This document shows positions 63,984 through 64,000 of a stretch of DNA of 64,000 nt, piece after piece (the stretch's first letter is position 1; each line of letters opens with the position of its first letter). Under the pieces are notes generated by a model that saw only the letters and a program-made list of their open reading frames with translations, made no database searches and had not been told where the DNA came from. The DNA is from Nitrospirales bacterium (GTDB lineage Bacteria > Nitrospirota > Nitrospiria > Nitrospirales > UBA8639). The stretch is taken from contig OY820905.2 of assembly GCA_963555755.3 (NCBI GenBank), forward strand, positions 3,200,001 to 3,264,000, written 5' to 3'. The translations under genes and the position numbers were made by a program.

Positions 63984-64000
63984 TGCGTAATGGGTGATGC

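Overview
Bacterial chromosomal window of about 50% GC. Gene content and repeat families suggest a Nitrospira/Nitrospirales genome (inference; no search run). Positions ~1-41 kb form an accessory region rich in envelope genes (DUF4410 and DUF4136-type lipoproteins, porins, MscS, AI-2E), plus cydAB, a PafA-like phosphatase, an alpha-carbonic anhydrase and toxin-antitoxin modules. It holds five insertion sequences (IS1595, IS6, ISNCY-like, IS110, ISAs1), many MITEs with clear target-site duplications (TSDs), and decayed inverted duplications. Positions ~41-64 kb are more core-like: sigma54 regulator and hybrid kinase, xth, vapBC, polA, mlaA, dapF, S24 repressor, di-heme peroxidase, kinases, tRNA-Val, TPR protein and RNase H. 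Two observations stand out. (1) An intact IS110 element (21277-22492) whose non-coding end contains a readable bridge RNA. Its guides match both the element's own circle junction and the REP/MITE it inserted into, circularisation would create a near-consensus sigma70 promoter, and the recombinase stop codon is supplied by the target. (2) A cassette-like locus (31.2-35.4 kb) where unrelated genes are each delimited by heptamer-repeat hairpins overlapping their stop codons, centred on a four-helix-bundle (23S-IVS/Avd-like) gene enclosed in long inverted repeats. All family assignments are from motif recognition by eye.
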